From an uncultured delta proteobacterium (lineage in GTDB: Bacteria; Myxococcota_A; Polyangia; Polyangiales; Polyangiaceae), in assembly GCA_963782055.1 (NCBI GenBank), contig CAWAIF010000003.1:352001-416000 (forward strand): a stretch of 64,000 nt of DNA. The letters run 5' to 3'. Below, piece by piece: positions 1 through 8,882 of the stretch. The translations under genes were made by a program, and so were the position numbers. Positions within the stretch are counted from its first letter, which is position 1; each line of letters begins with the position of its first letter. Under the pieces are notes generated by a model, which was not told where the DNA came from, did not search any database, and worked only from the letters and a program-made list of their open reading frames with translations.

Positions 1-125
1 GAAGACGCGCATGCGCCATGGTACCACCCGCGACGCGTCTCTCCCGAAAGTTGGCCCCGCCGGTGCCGATCCTGTAGCGGTCGAAGCAGACGGCTGCTGG
101 GTGATCGCGGCCGCGAGGAGGAGCC

Positions 126-554
126 ATGGTGCGTGCGCGCGCGTGGGGAGTGGTGTTGTGTCTTCTCGGATCGCTCTGGACGACGCCCGCGGGCGCGCGT
201 GGGACGCGACACGTCGCGCTCGGCGAGGTGAACGTGGTGCCCGCGTCGCGCGCGAACATGGCGCCGCTGCTGCGCAGCACGCTGGAGCACGAGCTCGGCG
301 CGCTGGACCTGCACGGCGCGAAGAAGGACGCGATCCTCTCGGTGTCGCTGGTGAAGCTGGACTCGGTGCCGGCGAGCGGGGGCGCGGAGGTGACGTGCGT
401 GGTGTCCGCGACCCTGCGCGGGCCGCGGAGCGGGAGCATCTTCGCCATCCTGGAGGGGCGCGCGCGCGTCGAGGGGCCGGGCGTCGCCACGAAGGTGGCG
501 GTGGAGAGCGCGGTGCACGGGGCGCTGGTGCGCGTCCCGGAGGCGTTGAAGTAA
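126..554 (+). CDS. Hypothetical secreted protein
   Basis: GGAG RBS before the ATG; hydrophobic signal ending PAGA; GC3-biased codons; no recognised domain. Confidence 0.7.
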   Translation: MVRARAWGVVLCLLGSLWTTPAGARGTRHVALGEVNVVPASRANMAPLLRSTLEHELGALDLHGAKKDAILSVSLVKLDSVPASGGAEVTCVVSATLRGPRSGSIFAILEGRARVEGPGVATKVAVESAVHGALVRVPEALK

Positions 555-726
555 GGGGGGCCCCTCCTGGCGCCATGCTCGGGCTCGTGCTCCCCTTCTC
601 GCGCGCCCTCGATCTGTGCAGGATGCACGACTCTGGTCGCGCGAGGAGGCTTGCGCGCGAGCCCTGCGCGTGGCGCCTCCTCCCCTCGGTGTCGCGCTCC
701 GCGCGCCACACGGGGAGGATGGTGCT
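555..726 (+). repeat. Dispersed ~170-bp intergenic repeat, copy A (diverged)
   Basis: GGGGCCCCTCCTGG...TGCTCGGGCTCGTGCTC...GCGCGCGAGCCCTGCGCG...CCTCCTCCCC...GGGGAGGATGGTGC, collinear with copies at 11849 and 24830. Confidence 0.7.
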
Positions 727-963
727 CGTCGGTGTGGCTGCCGCGGAGCGCGTCTTCCTCGCCACGCGCCCGGCGTGACGCTCGAGCGTGCGTCGCGCCA
801 TGCCTAGCTCGTCGCAGATGCGTGTGCGCGCGGCGCCTCGCGCGCGCTCCAGGAGCACGGCCGTCTCAAGGGATGTGAGCCCGTAGGGCCCTTCCAACTC
901 TCTCTACCCCTCGACGACGTAGCTGCCGCCCAGGAGACCGCGTGGGTCTGGGGGTTGAGCGGG

Positions 964-1065
964 GTTGTCATAGAAGGCGAGCACGGTGGCGAGGAAGGCG
1001 CTGGTCACCTTGCCGAGCAGCGGGACGTTGCACGCGAGGCGATGGCGGATGGCGTGCGGCACCAT
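964..1065 (-). mobile_element. Possible IS91-family transposase remnant
   Basis: Minus-strand VPHAIRHRLACNVPLLGKVTSAFLATVLAFY resembles, from memory, the segment after the Zn-binding domain of IS91-like transposases; no full ORF or ends seen. Confidence 0.4.
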
Positions 1066-1118
1066 CGCGCGCGCCGTTCCGCCGTTCCGCCGGCTGCGAA
1101 CTGGTACCCCGATGGGCA

Positions 1119-2774
1119 TCACCCCTTCCGGCGGATCCCCCACAGCATCCACGCGCCGAGCACGAAGCTCGCCGCGCCCCCGATCCCCGCCAGCGCGGGC
1201 CAGAAGGGGAAGCCGAGGAGCCGGCCGTTCGCGGTCACGCCGTGGAGGAACATCGCACCAGCGATGCCCACCATGCCCAGCGCGCAGAGGCACGTCGCGA
1301 GGACCATGCCGGCGACGTCCCGGCGCGTGTCGGGATCGAGGCGCTGCTCGACGCGCGTGGTGAGCTTGCCCGCGTCCAGGCGGCCGAGCACGCGGTGCGC
1401 GAGGGGCGGGATGTCGATGAGCACGTCCTCCATCGCGACGAGGCGCAGGGCGACCTCCTGCGCGAGCTCTCTCGGGCTGAGCAGGCTCTTGCCCAGCTCC
1501 GGCGCGAACTCGCGGAAGACGACCGAGACGTCCAGGTCGGGCGACAGCGTGCGGATGGATCCCTCGAGGGTGCCGAAGGTCTTGTCCAGCAGCACCAGGT
1601 CCGGCTGGTAGTAGAGCTTCTCCTCCCGCAGGAAGTCGATGAGCGCCTCGCTCTGCTGCGCCAGCGAGGTGCTGCCGCCGCGCAGGGTGCGGAAGAGCTC
1701 GCGCAGGCGGCGCGAGAGGTGGAGCAGGTCGACGTCGTAGTCGACCACGCCGTGCTGCAGCAGCGCCCGCGCCAGGGCGTCGTAGTCGCGTCGCGCCATG
1801 GCGATGGCGATCGCCCGGAGCATCTGCATGGTCTGCCGGTCGAAGCGACCGACCATGCCGAAGTCGATGAGGGCGAGGCGCTGATCGCCCTGCACCAGGA
1901 GGTTGCCGGGGTGCGGGTCGGCGTGGAAGAGGCCGTCGTGGAAGACGGTGTGGAGCGTCACGCGCGAGATGAGCTCGGCGAGCTTCTTGCGGTCGTAGCC
2001 GCGGTCCTTGATGACGTCGATGTCGCTGACCTTCACCCCGTCGAAGTACTCCATGGTGAGCACGCGGCGCGCGGTGTGGTCCCAGTGCACCTCCGCGACG
2101 CTCACGCCGTCGAACGTCTCCAGGTTCTTGCGGAACTCCTCGGTCAGGTGCGCCTCGGTGGTGAAGTCAATCTCCCGCATGATGGAGCGGTCGAACTCCT
2201 GCACCAGCAGCACCGGGTCGGCCATCTCGGCGATGGAGGTGAGGCTGCGCGCCAGGCGGGCGAAGTCGTAGAGGATGGAGAGGTCGGCGCGGATGGTCGC
2301 CTCGATGCCCGGCCGCTGCACCTTCACGGCCACGCGGGTGCCGTCCTCGAGCGTGGCGCGGTGCACCTGGCCGATGCTCGCGGCCGCGAGCGCCTCCTCC
2401 TCGAAGTCGGCGAAGAGCTCGCCGAGCGGCTTGCCAAGCTCCTCCTCCACGGTCTTCTTGATCTCGGCGAAGGGCACGGGCGAGACGTGGTCCTGCAGCT
2501 TCTTCAGCTCGGCGATGTAGTCGCGCGGGATCATGTCCGGGCGCGTCGAGAGGATCTGTCCGAGCTTCACGAAGGTCGGTCCCAGGTCCTCCAGGTACGC
2601 GCGGATGCGCTCAGGCATCGTCATCGCGTGGCTCGCCTCGCTGGGTTTCGCGGCGTCCCCGCTGGGCAGCAGCCGGCTCAGCCCGACCTTGTCGAAGAAC
2701 CAGCCGAAGTCGTGCTTCGCGCCCAGCGCGACGATCTGCGCGTAGCGCTTGTACCGTGAGACCTCCTCGGACAT
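1119..2774 (-). CDS. ABC1/UbiB (AarF) family atypical kinase
   Basis: LGPTFVKLGQILSTRPD, AAASIGQVH, VAVKVQRP, FHADPHPGN, IDFGMVG; C-terminal TM helices. Confidence 0.95.
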   Translation of the reverse strand: MSEEVSRYKRYAQIVALGAKHDFGWFFDKVGLSRLLPSGDAAKPSEASHAMTMPERIRAYLEDLGPTFVKLGQILSTRPDMIPRDYIAELKKLQDHVSPVPFAEIKKTVEEELGKPLGELFADFEEEALAAASIGQVHRATLEDGTRVAVKVQRPGIEATIRADLSILYDFARLARSLTSIAEMADPVLLVQEFDRSIMREIDFTTEAHLTEEFRKNLETFDGVSVAEVHWDHTARRVLTMEYFDGVKVSDIDVIKDRGYDRKKLAELISRVTLHTVFHDGLFHADPHPGNLLVQGDQRLALIDFGMVGRFDRQTMQMLRAIAIAMARRDYDALARALLQHGVVDYDVDLLHLSRRLRELFRTLRGGSTSLAQQSEALIDFLREEKLYYQPDLVLLDKTFGTLEGSIRTLSPDLDVSVVFREFAPELGKSLLSPRELAQEVALRLVAMEDVLIDIPPLAHRVLGRLDAGKLTTRVEQRLDPDTRRDVAGMVLATCLCALGMVGIAGAMFLHGVTANGRLLGFPFWPALAGIGGAASFVLGAWMLWGIRRKG

Positions 2775-2877
2775 GGGCTGAAGTTACAGGGGAATGGTCG
2801 AGCCCGCACCCCTTGCGCCCCTCGTCGGCTCCCATCGTTCGCCGACCCGCCGTCGCGGGCGGCCGGAGGATCTCTAC

Positions 2878-3162
2878 ATGTCGATGCAGTCTCAGCCGCA
2901 CCACCACGAGAGCCGCAGGGCCGTCCATCAGGGCGCCGTCCTGCTCGATGTCCGCACGCGCGCGGAGTTCCACGCCGGGCACCTGCCCGGCGCCGTCAAC
3001 ATCCCGGTCGACGAGCTCCACGGTCGCGCCCACGAGCTGCGCGCGCGCTCGGCGGCGGTGGTGGTGTACTGCCGGTCCGGGGGGCGCAGCGCGACGGCGG
3101 CGTCGGTGCTGCGCGGACACGGCTACACCGTGTTCGACCTGGGCGCGATGCACAACTGGTGA
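2878..3162 (+). CDS. Single-domain rhodanese-like sulfurtransferase
   Basis: LLDVRTRAEFHAGHLPGAVNIP and VVYCRSGGRS active loop; GGAGGA RBS before ATG 2878. Confidence 0.9.
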   Translation: MSMQSQPHHHESRRAVHQGAVLLDVRTRAEFHAGHLPGAVNIPVDELHGRAHELRARSAAVVVYCRSGGRSATAASVLRGHGYTVFDLGAMHNW

Positions 3163-3230
3163 TTGGCGCCACGCGGCCCCCGCTGGCCGTCCGGATGGAA
3201 CCGCGATAGCCTCCTTGAATGGGAGGTCCG

Positions 3231-3512
3231 ATGAAGCGCCGCAAGCGATTTGCATTCGTCCCGCGGTCGGTGATCGGGGCGAGCTTCGGCGCGGTGGTGC
3301 CCGCGATCGCGCTCTGGGGCCTGGAGGCCTGCTCGAGCAGCGGGCCGGTCATCGGCGTGGCAGGGGTCGCCTACTGCTGCTTCGAGGCCGGCGTGGCGGC
3401 CGACGCGTTCGGCGGCGACGCCTCCGATGGCGGCGACGCGCAGGGCGACGCCCAGGCTGCCGACGCCCAGGACGCGGCGGACGCACCCGGCGACGCGCCA
3501 GGGGACGGATGA
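3231..3512 (+). CDS. Small lipoprotein-like peptide 1, candidate precursor (VAYCCF core)
   Basis: GGAGG RBS; basic N-terminus, hydrophobic stretch, LEA-C lipobox-like site, GVAGVAYCCFEAGVA, Asp/Ala/Gly tail; paralog immediately downstream. Confidence 0.8.
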   Translation: MKRRKRFAFVPRSVIGASFGAVVPAIALWGLEACSSSGPVIGVAGVAYCCFEAGVAADAFGGDASDGGDAQGDAQAADAQDAADAPGDAPGDG

Positions 3513-3793
3513 AGAGGCCGACGCGCGCCAAGCGCCCCCGCGTGGTCCCCGGCCTGGTGCTCAGCGCCGGGTTCCTCGGCGTCGTCCCTGCCTGCGCGAT
3601 GGTCGCCTGCGGCGGGACGGAGGTCTCCACCAAGGACGGGGGCACCGACGCCGCGCCCGACCAGTTCCTCGGCGTGGGCGCGGTGGCGTACTGCTGCTTC
3701 GACGCCAGCGTCGCCGTGGTCGGCTTCGACGCCGAGGCCGACGCCGCTGACGCCAGCGACGGCGAGCCGGGCGACGCCGCCGACGGAGGCTGA
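3509..3793 (+). CDS. Small lipoprotein-like peptide 2, candidate precursor (VAYCCF core)
   Basis: ATGA overlap with peptide 1; MKRPTRAKRPRVVP...MVA-C, GVGAVAYCCFDASVA, acidic tail. Confidence 0.8.
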   Translation: MKRPTRAKRPRVVPGLVLSAGFLGVVPACAMVACGGTEVSTKDGGTDAAPDQFLGVGAVAYCCFDASVAVVGFDAEADAADASDGEPGDAADGG

Positions 3794-3799
3794 GCGGGC

Positions 3800-4633
3800 G
3801 TGCGGATCCGGCGCGTGCTCACCAACACGCCGCTCGCGCGCGTGCACGAGCGCACCATCCTGCAGCGCGGCCCGCGCAAAGGGACCGCGGTACCGTGGGC
3901 GTCCTTCCGCCGCGAGCGCTACCCCGCTCCGGCGCTCGCCCTGTCATACGACGCGCAGCGCATGCTCGCGCTCGGCGAGTACTCCGCGGTCAGCCTCTTC
4001 GCCCGCTTCGTCGACGGTCTGACGCGCGCCGCCGCACCGTTCGACCTCGTCTCCGCCGCGGCGCGCGTGCCGAGCGACGAGATCCGCCACGCCGACCTCG
4101 CCTTTCGCTTCGCCGCGCTGTGCGCCGGCCGGGAGGTGTCGGTGGAGGCGGGCAAGCAGCACATGACCTCGCGCTTCGACGGCGCCATGAGCCTCGACGA
4201 GCTCGACGACTTCGCCGTCGAGGTCATCGCCGTCGGCGAGACGCTCGCGTGCGCGCTGCTCTCCGCGTGCCTGGAGGGCGCGAAGGATCCCGTGGCCCAC
4301 GCGGTCTACTCCAACATCGTCGCCGACGAGGTGCACCACGCCCGCCTCGGCTGGTACTACCTTCTCTGGCGCGCCCCGCAGTGGACGGGGGCGGAGCGCC
4401 AGCGCGTCGCCGACCACGCCGGGGGGATCGTCGCGCAGGTGGAGACGCGCTTCGCCACGGGGCGCGACGCGCCGCGCGGGGCGCAGAAGGCGGCCCGCAG
4501 CCTCGGCGTGCTGGACACCGCGCGCCAGCGCAAGGTCGTCGCCGGCGTGATGGCGCGCGAGATCGTGCCGGGGCTGGACGGCCTGGGCCTTGGCGCCTCG
4601 CACGCGTGGCGGGTCCGGAAGCGCATCGCGTGA
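3800..4633 (+). CDS. Ferritin-like di-iron carboxylate protein (putative oxidase/oxygenase)
   Basis: Ligand pattern GEYSA...DEIRH...GETLA...ADEVHH (E, ExxH, E, ExxH); no signal peptide. Confidence 0.85.
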   Translation: MRIRRVLTNTPLARVHERTILQRGPRKGTAVPWASFRRERYPAPALALSYDAQRMLALGEYSAVSLFARFVDGLTRAAAPFDLVSAAARVPSDEIRHADLAFRFAALCAGREVSVEAGKQHMTSRFDGAMSLDELDDFAVEVIAVGETLACALLSACLEGAKDPVAHAVYSNIVADEVHHARLGWYYLLWRAPQWTGAERQRVADHAGGIVAQVETRFATGRDAPRGAQKAARSLGVLDTARQRKVVAGVMAREIVPGLDGLGLGASHAWRVRKRIA

Positions 4634-6033
4634 CGTCGGTGCGAGCCGCACGCCCGGTGGTGATCGGCGCCTCGCTGGTGTGTCTCGGCCGCCCCCTCCG
4701 GCCGCGTGAGCGCGAGAGGCTCCGCGCGTACCTGCGGCGTGCGCTGGCGTGGCAGCGCCGCCTACGCGGATTCCCCGCCCCCATGAGCGTCGCGCCCGAC
4801 GCCACCCCCTACGTCTCCATCTACGCGAGCGGCGCGCTTCGCGGTTGCTACGGCACGCAGGAGGGCGCTGCGGGCGAGCGGGTGGCGCGGGCGGTGCTGC
4901 TCGCCCTCCACGACAGACGCTACGGCGGCATCGCGCCGGCCGAGCGGGCGCACCTGGACGCCGAGATCGCGTACGTCACCGGGGCGCGACCCGCCCGCGC
5001 CGACGAGGCGGAGGCGAGGCTCGAGCCGGGCGTGCAGGGCGTCGCGCTCGCGGAGGGCGGCGCCGCGACGCTTCTGCTGCCGTCGGTCGCCAGGGAGCAC
5101 GGACACGACGCGCGCGCCACGCTCGACCTGCTCGCGCGCAAGGCCGGATACGAAGGTGGGCTCGGCGGCGAGGGTCTGGTCTGGATCGTCGACGTGGAGG
5201 CGGTGTCGACCCACGGCGCCGTCGCGCGGGATGCGAGGGTCGCGGCGCGGCGGTGGCTGGAGTCGCTCGTCGCCGTCGATGGCGCCCTCGCCTTCGAGCG
5301 CGTGCCCGGCTCCGGCGCGCGCGTCGCGAGCGGTCTCATGCGGCACGGGCGGATCGCCGTCGCGGTGGAGGCGCTCGCCGCGCTGCGCTCGCCGAAGGCG
5401 GGGCGCGCACGGGACTGGCTGGCGCGAGAGATCGCGCGCGGGCTGCGCCGTCCTTCGGACGTGCTCGGCTGGCCGGAGCGCGCCGACATGACGCTGGGCA
5501 CGCTCGCCCTCGCCGCGCGCGCCGGTGTGGCGGTGCCGCTGGCGGAGGCGGCGGCCGCTGCCGACCCGGCCACGGTGTCGCCGTGGCACGCCGCGCAGGT
5601 CGCGGCCACGCTGGGGACCAAGACCCCGACCGCCCTGTGGGAGCGCTGCGTCGCCGACCTGGAGGCCCGGCCCTTCGCGCCGTACCTGACGATGGCCGCG
5701 CGGCGGCGGGGGGACGCGCGTGTGCTCGAGCGCACGGCCGGAGCGCTTGAGGCGGCGCTGTCCGCCGAGGCCCCCTTCGCCGGCGGCGCCCACGTCACGC
5801 CCGTCCCCGAGACGGCGCTGACTGCCGTCGCCGTGGAGGCGCTCGCCGGTCTGCCCACGCGCGAGGCGCGGCGGGCCGTCGTCCGGGGTCGCGCCTTCCT
5901 CGCCGCGCGGCAGGTGCTCGACGTGCCCGCCGCGATGCACCCGAGCGCGCTCGGCGCCTTCCGCGCCTCCCCCGTCGCCCCGATCCTGCGCTGTGACGTC
6001 ACCGCGCACGCCGCGCTCGCGTGCTTCGGCTAG
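4630..6033 (+). CDS. AMMECR1-domain protein with C-terminal alpha/alpha-barrel domain
   Basis: GTGA overlap with ferritin-like gene; YVSIY..GALRGCYG, DRRY, LLPSVA, LARKAG (AMMECR1); helical C-terminus ending GAFRAS...LRCDVTAHA. Confidence 0.85.
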   Translation: MTSVRAARPVVIGASLVCLGRPLRPRERERLRAYLRRALAWQRRLRGFPAPMSVAPDATPYVSIYASGALRGCYGTQEGAAGERVARAVLLALHDRRYGGIAPAERAHLDAEIAYVTGARPARADEAEARLEPGVQGVALAEGGAATLLLPSVAREHGHDARATLDLLARKAGYEGGLGGEGLVWIVDVEAVSTHGAVARDARVAARRWLESLVAVDGALAFERVPGSGARVASGLMRHGRIAVAVEALAALRSPKAGRARDWLAREIARGLRRPSDVLGWPERADMTLGTLALAARAGVAVPLAEAAAAADPATVSPWHAAQVAATLGTKTPTALWERCVADLEARPFAPYLTMAARRRGDARVLERTAGALEAALSAEAPFAGGAHVTPVPETALTAVAVEALAGLPTREARRAVVRGRAFLAARQVLDVPAAMHPSALGAFRASPVAPILRCDVTAHAALACFG

Positions 6034-6072
6034 CCGGCGAACCGGTTGGGCCGCTCGTCGGCTCCCACAGGC

Positions 6073-6906
6073 ATGTGCGAGCTGCTGGCCATGTCGGCGC
6101 GGTTCCCGACGACGCTGCGTCTCTCGCTCGACGAGCTGGCGCGGCACGGCGGCGGGACCGGCCCGCACGCGGACGGCTGGGGCATCGCGGCGATCCAGGA
6201 CGGCGACGCCTTCGTCATCCGCGAGCCGGAGGCCGCCCACGGCAGCGCCTGGGTGCGCCTCTTCGAGGAGCGGGAGGTGCGCTGCGCCTCCGCCATCGCC
6301 CACGTCCGCAAGGCGACGCAGGGCGCGCGCGCGCTGCGCAACACGCAACCCTTCGCGCGGGAGCTGGGCGGCAGCATGCACGTCTTCGCCCACAACGGGA
6401 TGCTCTCCGGCATCGAGACGGACCCGCGCTTCGTCTCCCGGCGCTTCCGGCGCGTCGGGGAGACGGACTCGGAGCACGCGTTCTGCGCGCTGCTCGAGCG
6501 CCTCGCCCCGCTCTGGGAGGAGGGCACGCCCTCGGTCGACGCGCGCGTGCACGTGATGACCTCCTTCGCCGCGGACCTGCGGGCGCTCGGCCCGGCGAAC
6601 TTCCTGTACTCCGACGGCGAGCTGCTCGTGGCGCACGGCCACAAGCGGCACCACCCCGACGGCCAGATCCGCGCGCCTGGGCTGCACATCCTCCGGCGAA
6701 GGTGCACCTGCGTCGAGGACGCGGTGCCCCGCGGCGCCGGGGTGAATGGCGGCGAGGACGCCGGGCGCGACGCGCTCCAGTCGGTCGCGCTGATCGCGAG
6801 CGTCCCGCTCAGCGCCGAGCCGTGGGAGCCGCTCGGCGAGGGCGACGTGGTGGTCCTCCGCGGGGGGAGCCCGATTCTGCGCGTGCCGGCCCGCGCCGCC
6901 GCGTGA
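6073..6906 (+). CDS. Class II glutamine amidotransferase-like protein (YafJ/EgtC-like)
   Basis: N-terminal MCELL (Cys nucleophile), HADGWG, AHVRKAT, NTQPF, FAHNG, GETDSE. Confidence 0.92.
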   Translation: MCELLAMSARFPTTLRLSLDELARHGGGTGPHADGWGIAAIQDGDAFVIREPEAAHGSAWVRLFEEREVRCASAIAHVRKATQGARALRNTQPFARELGGSMHVFAHNGMLSGIETDPRFVSRRFRRVGETDSEHAFCALLERLAPLWEEGTPSVDARVHVMTSFAADLRALGPANFLYSDGELLVAHGHKRHHPDGQIRAPGLHILRRRCTCVEDAVPRGAGVNGGEDAGRDALQSVALIASVPLSAEPWEPLGEGDVVVLRGGSPILRVPARAAA

Positions 6907-6932
6907 CATAGTTCCCCCCGAACGGAGAAGGC

Positions 6933-7947
6933 ATGACCACCCCCGAGGATTCTACGCACCGCCACCATGAAGCAGGCGCAGGGCGCCATGGCGCTGGACG
7001 TCGCCTTCGTCGGCGTCGTCAACCGCCTCTTCGAGGCGCTCGCGTCCGGCGACCAGACGGCGCCCGCGCTCGCGGAGCGGGCGAAGGTGGACGCCGGCTA
7101 CGTGGAGCGCTGGTGTCAGGCGGCGTACGCCTTCGGCTACCTGGAAGCACACGAGGGCCGCTTCGGCCTCTCCGAGCCGGGCCGCGCCTTCCTGCCCGAC
7201 GCGCCGGGGTCGCTGATGCCCTTCGCGGTCGGCGCGGTGCTGGGCGCGCACATGGCGGAGCGCGCCGCCGGGCTGATGCGAACCGGCGAGCGCCCAGGGG
7301 AGAGCGTGCTCGCCGAGCGGGAGACCATCCTCCCGTGGTTCGGCCCGATGCTGGAGTCCACCTTCGGCGCTCTCTTCGAGCGAGAGGTCCTGCCGAACGT
7401 GCCGGCGTTCGGCGAGCTGGACGCGCGCGGCGGCGTCGCGGTCGATCTCGGCTGCGGTAACGGCTGGTACCTGCGCAAGCTGGCGAAGCGCTTCCCGCAC
7501 GTGCGCGGCGTCGGCCTGGACGGCTTCGAGGAGAACGTCCGCCAGGCGAGCGAGCGCGCCCGCGCGGAGGGGCTCGGCGATCGCCTGCGCTTCGTCGCGG
7601 GGGACATCTACCACTACACCGTCGGCGAGCCGGCGGACCTCATCGCGATGAACCGCGCCCTGCACCACGTGTGGGATCAGAAGGAGCGCGTCTTCGGCAT
7701 CCTGCGCGACACCCTGCGCCCTGGCGGCGTGGCGGTCATCTGGGAGCCGGCGTGGCCCGCCGACCTCACCGCGCTGCGCGATCCTCGCCGCCGGGCGATG
7801 GCCTTCCAGAACCTGAACGAGCACGTGCAGGGCAACCACTTCCTGCGCCCGGACGAGATCGAGGCGGCCTTCCGCGCCGTCGGCATGCAGGCCTCCACCC
7901 ACCTCTTCGTCGAGGGCACCGAGGCGGTCGTGGTGGCGCGCCGCTGA
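6933..7947 (+). CDS. Class I SAM-dependent methyltransferase with N-terminal HTH (apparent +1 frameshift at 6951; intact ORF from 6967)
   Basis: VDLGCGNG, VGLD, FVAGDI, LRPGG; RBS-preceded ATG at 6933 joins the main ORF if one T is removed. Confidence 0.85.
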
Positions 7948-7950
7948 ACC

Positions 7951-8757
7951 TCAGTTCGCGACGCCCAGCGTCATCAGCTTCACCACGTCGAAGCCGGTGA
8001 CGATGCCGACGAGCTTGCGGTTCTCCGTCGCCAGGATGCGCCGCACGCGCATCTCGATGGCGTGGCCCGCCACGCGATAGAGCGGTGTGTGCACGTTCAG
8101 ACAGATGGTCTCGTAGCTCATCACGCCCTCGACCGGCGTCTCCAGCAGGTCCGGCGGGAGGGCGCGCGCCTTGATGGCCTCGGTGTGGGTGAAGACCCCC
8201 ACCGGCCAGTCGCCGTCCACCACCACCAGGCCGTGGACGTTGGCGTCGGCCAGGCGATCGACCGCGGTGGCGATGCTGTCGCCCACGTCGACGGTGATGA
8301 CCGGCGCGCTCAGCACCCGCGCGAGGGGCTCCTCCACGCGGTAGGAGCGCACCGCCCGCATGGCGTCGCGGGTGGTGAGCATCCCGACCGGCGTCTCCCC
8401 GCGCACCACCACCACCCCGTGGATGCGGTGCTCCACCATGGAGCTCGCTGCGTCGCGCAGTGAATCGGTCTCCGCGATGGCGACCACCGGGGCTCGCATC
8501 ACCTCGCGCGCCAGGTGCGGCAGCGCCGTGATGCGCACGACGTCTCCCGGCCGGCGCAGCTCCAGGCGCGCCACGCGGAGCAGGTCGGTCGTCGAGAGGA
8601 TCCCGGTGAGCACCGAGCCCTCCACCACCGGGACCGCCGTGATGTCCTGGCGCTCGAGGAGTCGCTGCACCTCGGTGAGGGGCGTCTCCGGCCGTACGGT
8701 CACCAGGCTGCCGGACTGGTAGTCGCGGACCTGGATGGTGCTCCAGTCAGGGGTCAC
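7951..8757 (-). CDS. Tandem CBS-domain protein
   Basis: Four CBS-like units (AVPVV..GILSTTDL; GVVVV..GMLTTRD; GLVVV..GVFT; GIVTGFD); GTG start inferred. Confidence 0.88.
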   Translation of the reverse strand: MTPDWSTIQVRDYQSGSLVTVRPETPLTEVQRLLERQDITAVPVVEGSVLTGILSTTDLLRVARLELRRPGDVVRITALPHLAREVMRAPVVAIAETDSLRDAASSMVEHRIHGVVVVRGETPVGMLTTRDAMRAVRSYRVEEPLARVLSAPVITVDVGDSIATAVDRLADANVHGLVVVDGDWPVGVFTHTEAIKARALPPDLLETPVEGVMSYETICLNVHTPLYRVAGHAIEMRVRRILATENRKLVGIVTGFDVVKLMTLGVAN

Positions 8758-8882
8758 GCCCCCTGTCGATGCACACTTCGCGCCGTCGCGGTCCTTGCGA
8801 CAAAGCGGCCTCTGGTCCTCCCCGCCGGCACGCCTTGCGCCTCCCGGCGCGGCTCGTGCGCGGGAGAGAGGGCCGGAGGCGC

